This document shows, one piece after another, positions 17,969 through 27,977 of a stretch of 64,000 nt of DNA (its first letter is position 1; each line of letters opens with the position of its first letter). The stretch is from positions 20,961 through 84,960 of IMG/VR virus record IMGVR_UViG_3300049216_000317; one strand, 5' to 3'. The stretch comes from a virus. Lineage: Duplodnaviria; Heunggongvirae; Uroviricota; Caudoviricetes. Under the pieces are notes generated by a model that was given only the letters and a program-made list of their open reading frames with translations, made no database searches and had not been told where the DNA came from. The position numbers and the translations under genes are program-made.

Positions 17969-18733
17969 TTCGCCGCGCTGAGCTTTGAGGGCGTCATAGC
18001 CCTTTTCAACATAAGAGACGAACCCTTTTCCGTTGAAACCATAGCCGCGACCCAAATAGGTCAACTGGCAGCGACAGTGCGGGTGTCGATTCACCATTGA
18101 TGGTGCGTCGTCTCCGCGCTTCCCGTAGCCTGCTTTAAGCTCCGACAGATACCATAGGCGAGGTATGGTGCCGTCAGGCATCATATGCAGGCGCATGCAG
18201 TCATTGCAGGTCTTGCCGTCACGCACGATCACAAAAAACACGATAGGATCTTTGTCGTTTACGGATGCAGCAACACGACTAATGTCCATTGCAACACCAA
18301 GGTTGCGCGCTTTTGTCGCTTCAGACATCGTAATTGCGCCGACGTGGCTTTTTGCCTTTTCCATCTCTTTGCCGATGACTCGCTGAACGTCGACCATACT
18401 GACGCCAACGCCTTTTGCCTTAGCTTCTTTGATCATGGCATCCAGTTGATCAGTGACATTGGATTTGGTCTTATTTTTGAGGGATTCAACATAGCCATGT
18501 GCCGTGTCTAGCATACCCTTAAGAACATCGGATTCGACTTCGTTCAAAGGTTGGTTGTTCATAGCCGCAACGAAAAGATTTGCAAGGCTGAACTGGTTCT
18601 TGGTCGTAAAGATCAGAGCCTTTTTGTCTTTAAGCGCTGGGATTGACCCGAGCAGCTTAAAGGCCATTTTGTCGAATAGAGAGTCGACGATGCCGCCGAT
18701 GTTCTCTTTGCCCTTAGAAGAAATGCCGATCAT
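17963..18733 (-). CDS. head morphogenesis protein (Mu gpF / SPP1 gp7 family)
   Basis: C-terminal CNDCMRLH..RHPHCRCQL motif characteristic of MuF-like minor head proteins; located downstream of portal. Confidence 0.55.
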   Translation of the reverse strand: MIGISSKGKENIGGIVDSLFDKMAFKLLGSIPALKDKKALIFTTKNQFSLANLFVAAMNNQPLNEVESDVLKGMLDTAHGYVESLKNKTKSNVTDQLDAMIKEAKAKGVGVSMVDVQRVIGKEMEKAKSHVGAITMSEATKARNLGVAMDISRVAASVNDKDPIVFFVIVRDGKTCNDCMRLHMMPDGTIPRLWYLSELKAGYGKRGDDAPSMVNRHPHCRCQLTYLGRGYGFNGKGFVSYVEKGYDALKAQRGES

Positions 18734-19107
18734 AAATTGAGGCCGCTACATGTAACGATAAAATTAGGGAAAGCTTGCTGACCGCATTTTATGCAAGCTG
18801 GAGGAACGGTCCCAAACCATGGATTTGGGTACTGATGTTCGCATCCGACAGGCGTTAAAATGATGTTCGGTGTAGAAATATATGGAACGGTGATTTGAGG
18901 TGCAGGTTGAGGATTTTGGGGTCTCAAAATAGCAGGGTCAAATGGAGCAAGTTTCGGTTGCCCGACCTTTTCCATCTCAATCGTCCCAATACGTTTTAGT
19001 AGCTTCTCGGAAAGCTCTTTTGTCATCGGCTCATTTAAAATTAAGTCGATTAAAAATTGAATTTCAGTCAATTTAAGCTCCTTATTTATTAACGAGACCT
19101 TCAACAC
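18730..19107 (-). CDS. hypothetical protein
   Basis: 125-aa ORF, 4-nt overlap with neighbour. Confidence 0.4.
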   Translation of the reverse strand: MLKVSLINKELKLTEIQFLIDLILNEPMTKELSEKLLKRIGTIEMEKVGQPKLAPFDPAILRPQNPQPAPQITVPYISTPNIILTPVGCEHQYPNPWFGTVPPACIKCGQQAFPNFIVTCSGLNL

Positions 19108-19705
19108 TTAAAGCGTTGCCAATTTCTTTAGTCGCGTGCTTTTCTTCTTCGTCCCATGCAGCGAAAACGTCATCGACAATTTTCTTCTGGAGTTGCAAGG
19201 TTTGTTTCGCCGTGTTTGTGAGGTTATGGTTGGCTTGCTGGCTCATTTTGAATGATGGCTTATGCAGAGCTAGGCCGATTCCCTTGATGGCCTCGTGGGA
19301 TTTTTTCATCTCGCGAAGACCTTTGATCGCCCCGAGCGATTTCTGAAGAGATTTTAGTTCCTTTGGGGTCAGTTCTGATTTGCCCATCAAGCCTTCCAAC
19401 TCATTTAAGTGTTGGTCCAATTCCGAACCCATCGGATTTGGCTGCTGGGGTTGGTCCACTGGCTCATTGCCTGGAGTTCCACCTTCCATTGCTTGTTCGT
19501 TGGCACCTGGGGCTCCGCCAGCACCTTGCATTTGCGATTGTTGTGCTGCCTGCATTTCAGCTTGTTGCTGTTGCTGAGCCATTTGGTCAACCTGTGCTTG
19601 TTGTTGCCCTTGTTCAAAGCCCAAGCGGAAAGCAAGGTCCACGGATTCCATGAACTTGCCTTTGAGGTTGCGGTATTTTTCTTCGTAGCGAATTTCTTTA
19701 GACAT
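19082..19705 (-). CDS. hypothetical Gln-rich protein
   Basis: 207 aa; poly-Q/A low-complexity centre (QQQQQAEMQAAQQSQMQ). Confidence 0.45.
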   Translation of the reverse strand: MSKEIRYEEKYRNLKGKFMESVDLAFRLGFEQGQQQAQVDQMAQQQQQAEMQAAQQSQMQGAGGAPGANEQAMEGGTPGNEPVDQPQQPNPMGSELDQHLNELEGLMGKSELTPKELKSLQKSLGAIKGLREMKKSHEAIKGIGLALHKPSFKMSQQANHNLTNTAKQTLQLQKKIVDDVFAAWDEEEKHATKEIGNALSVEGLVNK

Positions 19706-19707
19706 TT

Positions 19708-21522
19708 TTAATCCTCATCTTCGTCGAGCATGTCTTCAACTTCGAGTTTCAAGAAGTCGAAAGCAAACGGCTTAGGAGCGTAATAAGCTTGCAAAGCAGC
19801 CGGGTTGGTTTGAGCAAGAAGCTGCATGTTTTGGAGTGCGAACGGATCACGCTTGTACTTCAGAACCGGATCAAGGCTTGACGCTGGCGATCCAAAGAAG
19901 CGTGTGCGGATCTCGCCTACATCGACGTACTTATCCAAAATCAACTGGAAGCGCTCAGAGAATGGGAAGCGTCCGCCAACAACTTCGCCGACAGTTTCCT
20001 TGCCCACTTCGAGCAACATTTCGTCGTAAGTCATGTGAAGAGCGGAGTCTTGCTGCAAGCGAGTAGACTCTTGCTCTTTAGATTGGGCGTCTAGACCAGC
20101 AAACGTAATCGTACAGATCTTCGCAAGCAACGGGTCCATGATCGGAAACAAACGTTGGTTAAAGAAAGTCTGGAATGAAAGAACCAACGGGCGAAGACCT
20201 GTGTCTCGCGAAGCCGTCAATTTGAATTCGTTTGAGGATTCAGAAAGCGTTTGAGAGTTTGTCCCTTTGCTTAAATGACCATAGCCAGGCAGTTCGTCAG
20301 GCGACATATTGAATGCCGAGAGAATGTTGCGCGCCATTTGGTCATAAAGGTACTGGAAAGCACCGTCATGTAGACCTTCGTCATTGAACGGAACCCACTG
20401 AACTTTATCGTCTTGCCCTACACCAAAAATCGGCGTGCGGAATGAGTTCGAAACGCTATTGATTGAAGCGTTAAACTGAGCCTTGATAGTGTTAACCACT
20501 GCCTCGTCGACCTCATCCGATGCAATTACTAGCATCCCTTTCGAGGCACGACCGTTTTGGAAATAGAGCTTTTCATAAGCATCAATTGAGATATGCGTAG
20601 TGACTGCGTTGACTACAGTATCTAGCGGAGAAACTGGGTAGCCATTATGTTCAACGTCGGTAGACTCGTAAAGGTTATAGACGAGCATTTCTTCGTGCGT
20701 GAACGCTTGGCGCGGAGTCTCATCAATAACCTGGACCCATGCGTACTTATCTTCGGCCACTTTGGACAGATCAATGTCCATTTTGATGCCGGTGATAGAT
20801 TCAAGCATTTTAACCGCTTGTTTACGAAGAGAATCTCCCTCGTGTTCATTGCGGCGAACGGCACGACGAATCGTTGCCGTATCGACTGGACGGAATCTAT
20901 GAAAAGGGAATGAGCCATCAGCGTTTTTCTTCTCGCGATCATAGATAACTTCCGTCGCAAAACGTCCAAAAGTAAGGCCGTTATTGGTCTGGATATTTAA
21001 AAACGATGCAAGGGTCAGCTGATCTTGGGTTTCTAGGCCATCCGTAGAACCGCAATTGAGCAGTTGTTGCTCAAAGCGTTTCATGCGGACTTTAACTTTC
21101 ATGTATTGATTCGGAGTCAGAATTTTTAGGATTTCAGGCTTGATCGCGATTTCGATTCCGAGATCAAAGCGGTCTTTACGCAAATGGCCAAAAAGTGCCA
21201 TCATGTTTCCGCGCGCACGCAAAATCGCTGCAACCAAATGGTCGGTCAGACGAATTTGTTTTAAGAGCGAATCAGGAATCAGCTGCTTTTTGGTCTTATA
21301 AAAACCAACGTAGTTATCGGAGTGGTTTGGTTGCTCAATAAACGCTAAGCGCGGAGCATTTTTGTCGGCACTTCCCGTTGCTTGATCAACAACCCATTGA
21401 AGGGCACCGGCTTGAGTCGTGAGATCCTTTTTTTCGGATTTCTCTAGAGCTTCAATGTGGGAGTCAGCAATATCAAATACTGCCTTTGGCGACTCCTTTT
21501 TCTTCTTTGGCGTTCTGCTCAT
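19708..21522 (-). CDS. putative portal protein
   Basis: 604-aa ORF downstream of terminase large subunit, acidic C-terminus (DMLDEDED); size/position typical of portal; no motif proof. Confidence 0.55.
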   Translation of the reverse strand: MSRTPKKKKESPKAVFDIADSHIEALEKSEKKDLTTQAGALQWVVDQATGSADKNAPRLAFIEQPNHSDNYVGFYKTKKQLIPDSLLKQIRLTDHLVAAILRARGNMMALFGHLRKDRFDLGIEIAIKPEILKILTPNQYMKVKVRMKRFEQQLLNCGSTDGLETQDQLTLASFLNIQTNNGLTFGRFATEVIYDREKKNADGSFPFHRFRPVDTATIRRAVRRNEHEGDSLRKQAVKMLESITGIKMDIDLSKVAEDKYAWVQVIDETPRQAFTHEEMLVYNLYESTDVEHNGYPVSPLDTVVNAVTTHISIDAYEKLYFQNGRASKGMLVIASDEVDEAVVNTIKAQFNASINSVSNSFRTPIFGVGQDDKVQWVPFNDEGLHDGAFQYLYDQMARNILSAFNMSPDELPGYGHLSKGTNSQTLSESSNEFKLTASRDTGLRPLVLSFQTFFNQRLFPIMDPLLAKICTITFAGLDAQSKEQESTRLQQDSALHMTYDEMLLEVGKETVGEVVGGRFPFSERFQLILDKYVDVGEIRTRFFGSPASSLDPVLKYKRDPFALQNMQLLAQTNPAALQAYYAPKPFAFDFLKLEVEDMLDEDED

Positions 21523-21547
21523 ATCTAACCTATATCGTGGCGGGAAA

Positions 21548-22474
21548 TTACTCGACTTCGATCACAAACATATTTGCGTCAGTGAGACCCGGATTTGTGA
21601 TCTGGCATGAGTAAGCGAGCGTCGTGCTCAAATAGATGCCCGGTAGAACTGAATTTTGATTGATCATTGGTTGGATCTGGATGTTTTGAGACCCATTGAT
21701 AAGCAGGTTCAGTTTTTGATCGGTTTCAAAGTAAAGAAGTCGCTTGGCAGCTGAATAAACGGCAATCTGCGTCAGGACCGAAGTCTCGGTTGGCAACACA
21801 CCAGCATACGAAAACTCAAGGGTAGTTGAGTTGACTGCGGTAATATTGAAAGTTTGCTGCGAGAGAGGTGAGAAGCCAGACGAAATAACTAGGCTATCGC
21901 CCATTTGGACGCCCGACGAACCGAAGGCAAAAATCTCAGATGCAAAGTTCGAATCGAGAGCAATGGGTCCTTCAGGCGTTCCGGAATCGTTTTCTACCGA
22001 AATAGAGCTAGAACTTGCCGAAAGAACCTTGAAAGTACCCACGTTTAGGGGGCTAAAAACGCCAGCAAGGGTCACATAGTCGCCAGGCACAACGCTCGCG
22101 AAGCTTACATTGGTTCCGGTGAGGGTCATCAAAGGCCCATTCATCGTAACCGTAATTGTCGTCATGTTACTTGTGCTAAGGGCTCGTGCAGTTCGAAATC
22201 CTGGAGCGGTCCCCCCGACCCATTTGAGTTCATAGGCGCCGTCAGCCGCTACATTAAGGGTATATTGCGTCGTACTATCTTGCGAAAGTGAGCGGGCTTG
22301 GTTAAAAAACATGATGGATTGGCCAGCTGAGACGACCAATTCTTTGCTTACGGGGTTTGCAACCTGCAAACCATTCAAGTTCCGGCACCAGCGGACGTTA
22401 TTCAGCGACGGGGCGTTCGACGCACACGTGTCGCTGAAAGTATTCAAGTAAATCTGAGCATTTAACGTGGACAT
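21548..22474 (-). CDS. hypothetical Ser/Thr-rich beta protein
   Basis: 308-aa ORF between terminase and portal genes. Confidence 0.45.
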   Translation of the reverse strand: MSTLNAQIYLNTFSDTCASNAPSLNNVRWCRNLNGLQVANPVSKELVVSAGQSIMFFNQARSLSQDSTTQYTLNVAADGAYELKWVGGTAPGFRTARALSTSNMTTITVTMNGPLMTLTGTNVSFASVVPGDYVTLAGVFSPLNVGTFKVLSASSSSISVENDSGTPEGPIALDSNFASEIFAFGSSGVQMGDSLVISSGFSPLSQQTFNITAVNSTTLEFSYAGVLPTETSVLTQIAVYSAAKRLLYFETDQKLNLLINGSQNIQIQPMINQNSVLPGIYLSTTLAYSCQITNPGLTDANMFVIEVE

Positions 22475-22512
22475 TGCTACCCCTAAAGTGATGTCTTTAA
22501 GATTGTCTTGGC

Positions 22513-24387
22513 TCAGAAATCGAAGAAAAAGCTGCCCTTTTTGCCCTTAGTCCCCGTGAATTGGCCTCCCGGCTGTATGTGACGATTGATTTCATCGCGC
22601 ATTTGCTCCTGATGGAGTTCAGAACCCATATTTGGGGTGATTTGTCGGGGGGTTCGTTCGTCGACACCGGACTGGACCGCTTTCAAACGAAACGGACCTT
22701 TTATGGGAAACAGGTTTTGGCCCAAATAGCGCAAAGCATCGCAAATATCGGCGATTCCAGGCTCATCGTCTGGCTGTCCGGTAGGATTGCCCTGTCCGTC
22801 CAGTTTGAACTTATGCTTTTGCATGGCTGTTAAAACCTTCATCGTATTTTCGGTTTTAATGATCTTGAAAAGGCGCTTGCCGGATGCGGTAAGGATTTTT
22901 GAGCGAATCGATTCGATTCCTGCGGAGACATCCCTTGTAAAGACGGGCGCGCGCATAAAGTTTTTGTTGAAGGATTTAAGGAAAGATGGCTCTGCTTGAT
23001 CGCAGAACCATTTGTTCAATGGATATTTGTCGCGAAATTTAATTGCAACGTCCAAGACGTCCGAAAATTCCATTCCAGTAGAAGTCCAACAGTCAACAAT
23101 CCAAACTTCACCGTTGGGCATCATAGCTGCAATAATGATAACGCTGTCGTGCGTGAATCCCCAGTCGACGCCGGCATACATGGGAATTCCAAGCCTTACC
23201 AGTTCGTTAAAAAGAGCTTGTTCCGTCGGGTAATTGACCTCGATTCCAAGCAAGCCTTCCAAAGCACGTTTAATTGAAATGTAGTTTGTGGATTCGGCAT
23301 CAAGATTTGAATTCAGGCGACCATACACGAGACCTTGAGAGCCGGGCTTCCAGCAAAGAAGTTGAGACTCTGCAATCTCAGGGCTGTTTTCTCTAAACTT
23401 CTGAATGACGGTCTTGATTGGCTTATAGAAACCATCTTTTGCGCTGGAAGGAAGTTGGCTCAGGCGCATTCGGCAAATGGGCAAAAGCGAGCACTTTACG
23501 CAACCTGCATGAACGTTTTCAAGCTTATCGAATTTGACCTGTTCTGGAAGCGTTAGGAAATCGTACTTCTCTTGATTTAGCTGCTGAAGCGGAAGAGATT
23601 TTGCCACGTACATTGTGGTTTTTTCTTCCAATGGCAAATGACGTTCCGGCCCACAGACTTCTGTGACATCAAGAATATTCCAACGAAGAAGTTTGTAGTT
23701 CATTTCGTCGGCTTTTGTGATCATTTCGGCCATGAGACCGAATGAGTATTTTCGAGTCGAAAGGAAAAGAGTGAAGGGATGAATTTTACGAGAATATCCG
23801 ACGATGTTTTTGCCCTCATTCAAGGCAGATCGATCGGCAAGATCAAGCTCGTCAACAACGAGAATATTCGCATGCAACGAGTTCATACCTTTAGGCGTAC
23901 AAATAACGACTTTAATAAAAGGCTTTTTCCCGGAAGGCGTTAGAAACTCGAAAGTACGTTTGTTTTGCGAAGAATTTGTCCAACCAGCGGCTGCCAAAAG
24001 AGGTTCGAGCTTAAAAAAATAGCCTTGGATGTATTTCAAACAAACTGCGGACTGAGATTCGACGGCAGCTGCGTGAGCAATTTCGAGTTCGAAATGCAGC
24101 ATCAAAATGATCTCTAGGATCGCGCAAGATACGGTCTTGAGGCATTCACGTGCTGAAAGCCAAATGGCTCCTGGCGTGTCTCCCTTATTGTGCAAGAATG
24201 ACTCATATACTTGCCAAATAGCATCGACAGGGTTTGACGTACTCTCACGATCGGTGATCGTATTCGGGTACTCCATATCCAAGAATGCTTTGATCCAATC
24301 CTTAAGTTCGTCTGGCGAACTCAAGTGTTTGAACATCAATTCAGCGTAAAATTTCTTTTCTGGTTCAGATAAAGTCTTAAAGTTCAT
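22513..24387 (-). CDS. terminase large subunit
   Basis: ATPase-like SARECLKT (deviant Walker A), ILVVDELDLAD (Walker B); C-terminal nuclease-like region IIIAAMMPNGEVWIVD; start ambiguous (ATG 24387 or TTG 24456). Confidence 0.65.
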   Translation of the reverse strand: MNFKTLSEPEKKFYAELMFKHLSSPDELKDWIKAFLDMEYPNTITDRESTSNPVDAIWQVYESFLHNKGDTPGAIWLSARECLKTVSCAILEIILMLHFELEIAHAAAVESQSAVCLKYIQGYFFKLEPLLAAAGWTNSSQNKRTFEFLTPSGKKPFIKVVICTPKGMNSLHANILVVDELDLADRSALNEGKNIVGYSRKIHPFTLFLSTRKYSFGLMAEMITKADEMNYKLLRWNILDVTEVCGPERHLPLEEKTTMYVAKSLPLQQLNQEKYDFLTLPEQVKFDKLENVHAGCVKCSLLPICRMRLSQLPSSAKDGFYKPIKTVIQKFRENSPEIAESQLLCWKPGSQGLVYGRLNSNLDAESTNYISIKRALEGLLGIEVNYPTEQALFNELVRLGIPMYAGVDWGFTHDSVIIIAAMMPNGEVWIVDCWTSTGMEFSDVLDVAIKFRDKYPLNKWFCDQAEPSFLKSFNKNFMRAPVFTRDVSAGIESIRSKILTASGKRLFKIIKTENTMKVLTAMQKHKFKLDGQGNPTGQPDDEPGIADICDALRYLGQNLFPIKGPFRLKAVQSGVDERTPRQITPNMGSELHQEQMRDEINRHIQPGGQFTGTKGKKGSFFFDF

Positions 24388-24444
24388 ATAGTTAAGATTG
24401 CCGCATAATTTGACATTTAAGGCGCAATGCGCTACATTTGACCG

Positions 24445-24861
24445 ATGAGTGACCAAGATACGTTCACAAAGACGTGTCAGGCGTTGGCCATTGAATTAAA
24501 AATCAACTTTTATGTGGGGCGTCCTGGTAGGTGTTTCCGTAATGTCATGGCCTTTGCTTATGCGAATCCCTCATGGACAATCGTTCATGGATTGGCAAAA
24601 CAGTGCAAAGACGGCCCGCTCTTATGTCATGCTTGGTGTGAAACCAGGGTTAACATAGGCGATCGTAAACATTGGGTGGTTCATTGCCCAAGCCAGCATC
24701 CTGAATCTCCGAATTTTGGAGGAGTCCAGCTTCATCCTTTTTTCTACAAAGCATGTCGCGTTGCTTTCACCCGCAGATACACTTTCGAAGAAGCTTACAA
24801 GCAGTTGGAAAAGACCAACAATTATGGTCCCTGGGACCCAAACTTTTTAAGTTACTGCTAA
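24445..24861 (+). CDS. hypothetical Cys/His-rich protein
   Basis: 138-aa ORF; divergent from terminase. Confidence 0.4.
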   Translation: MSDQDTFTKTCQALAIELKINFYVGRPGRCFRNVMAFAYANPSWTIVHGLAKQCKDGPLLCHAWCETRVNIGDRKHWVVHCPSQHPESPNFGGVQLHPFFYKACRVAFTRRYTFEEAYKQLEKTNNYGPWDPNFLSYC

Positions 24862-25139
24862 AGCTTGATCTTAAAAGTCTGAATTCCATGAACCGCAGGT
24901 GGATACCCCTGAAAACGAGTCGCTGCTGGCTGTCTCTGTTCCATTACGGCCTGCACTTCACGTTGCGCCTGCCAGAACTTTTTCTGCGCGCGGCGATCCG
25001 CTTCTTCGGTCATCATTTTTGCGGCCTGTTCAGCAGTTGGTGGCTTTAAGGCGTCAGGATTTTTAACCTGCCCTTTGAGCGCAACAAGCTTATTGCGCTC
25101 TTCCAACTCTTCGCGGGTCATCGTAAATGGGTCACTCAT
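24858..25139 (-). CDS. hypothetical protein
   Basis: 93-aa ORF; convergent overlap with 24445..24861. Confidence 0.35.
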   Translation of the reverse strand: MSDPFTMTREELEERNKLVALKGQVKNPDALKPPTAEQAAKMMTEEADRRAQKKFWQAQREVQAVMEQRQPAATRFQGYPPAVHGIQTFKIKL

Positions 25140-25975
25140 GGCATTGGCACTTTCGGGCCTACCATTCCTTCAGGTGCAATCCAATCGCGGCGTGGGAGTT
25201 CATTTTCCTTATCAACAGGAACTAGGGGCATAAAGAAGACTACATGGCTAATCGGAACGTCTAGGTCCAAGCTCAACTTCAATTCGCTAATGGGGCTGAG
25301 AACTGAATGCAAAAAATCTTTTTCAGTCAGTTCGTTGGCAATTTCTGAAAGAAGTTTTACGGCCTGGGCTTTTTCTTCTGAACCGCTTGTCGTAAAAGAA
25401 TAGCAGGTCGATCGGAAATATTTGTCGTCGATATTTGCGATCATGGATTTACTTTTGATGGCCATTTTCTCTTTGGCTTTTTCTGATAGAAAAGGCTCGG
25501 CGTCCTTTTCCAGGCTATCGACGATCAAAGCAGTTCCTGTAGCGAAACTTCGCGGAACTGGCTCTTCATTTTTAGCAAGCGCTTCTTCTTTTTTTGCTCG
25601 GTTTTCTTCTAACTTTTCGAGAAGAAACTTAATTTCTGGGCTGAAATTTTCGATCTGTTCTTCGTACATCTTCAACTGAGCATCGTAAGACGGCATCTTC
25701 ACAGCTTCGGCGCTCTTCACTTGCCCTCTTAGGCTGATCTCCGAGTTACGTTTGATCTTTTGTTCAGGAGTCATGTCCTTCCAGAGCGGATTTTTCTTCA
25801 AATATTCACCGCTCAACTGATTAATCACAGTTTCTGAGCGACGCAAAGCTGCATGCAAACGGATATTCTCGCTCTGCAATTTTGAAACGAGGGAATGAAG
25901 TTCGAGATTCTCGAAATACTCCTGCGTTTGACTTTCTGAAACTTCATCTTCTAATAACGGTGTGCCTAATTCCAT
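25136..25975 (-). CDS. hypothetical coiled-coil protein
   Basis: Track ORF 25136..26080 trimmed to Met at 25975 to avoid ~100-nt overlap with GroEL. Confidence 0.4.
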   Translation of the reverse strand: MELGTPLLEDEVSESQTQEYFENLELHSLVSKLQSENIRLHAALRRSETVINQLSGEYLKKNPLWKDMTPEQKIKRNSEISLRGQVKSAEAVKMPSYDAQLKMYEEQIENFSPEIKFLLEKLEENRAKKEEALAKNEEPVPRSFATGTALIVDSLEKDAEPFLSEKAKEKMAIKSKSMIANIDDKYFRSTCYSFTTSGSEEKAQAVKLLSEIANELTEKDFLHSVLSPISELKLSLDLDVPISHVVFFMPLVPVDKENELPRRDWIAPEGMVGPKVPMP

Positions 25976-25976
25976 T

Positions 25977-27746
25977 TTACGGCCTTTCATTTGCTTCGTT
26001 AATAAAGTCTTGAGGGCGATCAACTGCACGACCAAAGTCTGCGTCGGCTTTCGCTTCGGTACGTTCAAATATTTCATCACGCGGATGCGCTACAATGCCG
26101 CCCATCGTTCCAAGCACGGAAGCGATCGAGACAGCATTGCTTAGGCTTTCGACGACAGCTTTTGTTGCGTCGAACAGACCCAACTTTCTGGCTTTTCCGA
26201 ATACTTGGTTTTCGACGTCATAAACCAAAGTTTCGTCGGCCAAAAGTTTAGTAATGATCTCTTCTTGCTCTTCTGAAGAGTACCCGGCGTTTTCTAAAAT
26301 TCGCCGCGGAAGTTCAAAGAAAGCGGGAGCAAGCACAACGCGCGCGGGATCGTTTTCGTCTAGTTCACAGACTAGAAGGGCCATATTAAGAGCCATGCGA
26401 CCACCGCCCGGCAGAGCACCGGAAGTAATGGCAGAACGAACTGCGCAAATCGCGTCTTCGGCACGGTCATGGGCCTCTTTAAGTTCGCCGGAGCTTCCGC
26501 CGAAGATAGTGAGTTTTGCGATACCATTGGTGATTTTCCCAATTCGTTCCTGGAGATGGATTTTTTCGGCTGCGGATTCACCATTCTCAAGCTGAGTTTG
26601 GAGTTCCGACGCACGGACCTCGACGTTAGCCGGATCAGGTTCTCCAACAACGGTGGAGCGGAAGCGGTAAGCTTCAAAATGCTCCATATTACCACCCAGG
26701 TCTCCCATCGTGGCATTTTGGATTTGATCTTTAAGACCAAAAACGCGCGCGCCTGTAAAAGCAGCCAAGTCGTAAAGGAAATGGGTCTGAGAGTTCAGGA
26801 ATTGCGCCATTGGCGTGATCATTGGCAAAACGTTAAGCGTGTTAGGATCTGAAAAATTATAGGCAAGCTGTGTAACGACGTTGTCGCTGAAGCCGTGGGC
26901 AAAAATGACCAGATTCTTAAAATCTGAATTCCCTTCGCTCACATACTTTTCCCCCAAGGAATTAACCAAAGGCAAGATTGAAACCAAATCGTTTAACTGG
27001 CCGTCAACCAATAGAAAAAGGGGCTTTTCCATGTAGCATCGTTGGTTTCCTTGATCATTGATGAAAGCCGTATGCAATTTTCCTTGGCTTTCCTCGAATC
27101 CGACGGGGATCGGGAACCCGTCGATGCGCTCAACTTTATATCCAGGCTTTCCTGTTAGCTGACGAATAGTGACATGGGATGAGTCGCCATACCCGATTTC
27201 TTCAAATGCCTGGATGACGGCTTTTGCGAGGTCCTTGTCACCGTTAGCGGAAATGGTTGCGACCATTTCCAGGAGGTTCTGATTCTTGTCGTTAATTTTA
27301 ATCGACTGCTTTTCCAAATATGGAAGCAGCACTTCTTTTAATACCTTTGCAATTCGGCGAGTCGCCTTTTGCGGACTGTATTTTGGATTTTTCTCACAGA
27401 ACTCAAATAGATTTTTAACAATATGATAGGCCAGCACTGTAGCAGTCGTAGTTCCGTCGCCTGCCTCAGTAACTGTCTTTTGGGCCACGTCGCGCGCAGA
27501 TTCGATAACCAAATGCTCGTAAGCGTTGCTTGACCCAAGGGAGCGAAAAATTGAAACACCGTCTTTGGTTAAGGTATTTGGAATTCCCGGAAGGTCCGAT
27601 TCCAAAAGTGAAAGCTTTCCACCGGGTCCCATCGACGAGCCAACAATATCGCTGACGCGTCTCATCGTATTGAGCACAATAGCCTTTAGCTTATTATGGT
27701 CGGTCTCAAACATTTTGGGCGCTGTTTTCGCTTTGCGAATACTCAT
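25977..27746 (-). CDS. groEL: chaperonin GroEL (Cpn60) homologue
   Basis: KDGVSIFRSL, AGDGTTTATVLA, C-term GALPGGGRMAL; 589 aa; RBS AAGGAGAA. Confidence 0.85.
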   Translation of the reverse strand: MSIRKAKTAPKMFETDHNKLKAIVLNTMRRVSDIVGSSMGPGGKLSLLESDLPGIPNTLTKDGVSIFRSLGSSNAYEHLVIESARDVAQKTVTEAGDGTTTATVLAYHIVKNLFEFCEKNPKYSPQKATRRIAKVLKEVLLPYLEKQSIKINDKNQNLLEMVATISANGDKDLAKAVIQAFEEIGYGDSSHVTIRQLTGKPGYKVERIDGFPIPVGFEESQGKLHTAFINDQGNQRCYMEKPLFLLVDGQLNDLVSILPLVNSLGEKYVSEGNSDFKNLVIFAHGFSDNVVTQLAYNFSDPNTLNVLPMITPMAQFLNSQTHFLYDLAAFTGARVFGLKDQIQNATMGDLGGNMEHFEAYRFRSTVVGEPDPANVEVRASELQTQLENGESAAEKIHLQERIGKITNGIAKLTIFGGSSGELKEAHDRAEDAICAVRSAITSGALPGGGRMALNMALLVCELDENDPARVVLAPAFFELPRRILENAGYSSEEQEEIITKLLADETLVYDVENQVFGKARKLGLFDATKAVVESLSNAVSIASVLGTMGGIVAHPRDEIFERTEAKADADFGRAVDRPQDFINEANERP

Positions 27747-27977
27747 CTGTTCTCCTTAAAAGTGTAACCAGGCAAGTTTCCCCACCCTTGCTCCGCAGGA
27801 CCCCGCTTTCGCAGGAAATTCACCACATGCCGATTTGCCGAGGCGGTCCCAGGATCTTTGCAGTCCTCTGAGCATGGCCATGACGGCTATCGGACCCAAC
27901 CGATCCGCTGCAACAGTTCCTGGTCACATAAGGTCTATATCACGTCGAATTTCAGAGACCTGATATTACTATTTATG

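Noticed and set aside
25976-26080. First 35 codons of track ORF 25136..26080
   Set aside because: They would overlap the 3' end of groEL by ~100 nt. An internal Met at 25975 gives a compact non-overlapping gene.
26254-26852. Plus-strand ORFs antisense to groEL
   Set aside because: They are antisense to a high-confidence conserved gene, with Ser/Arg-rich low-complexity translations.
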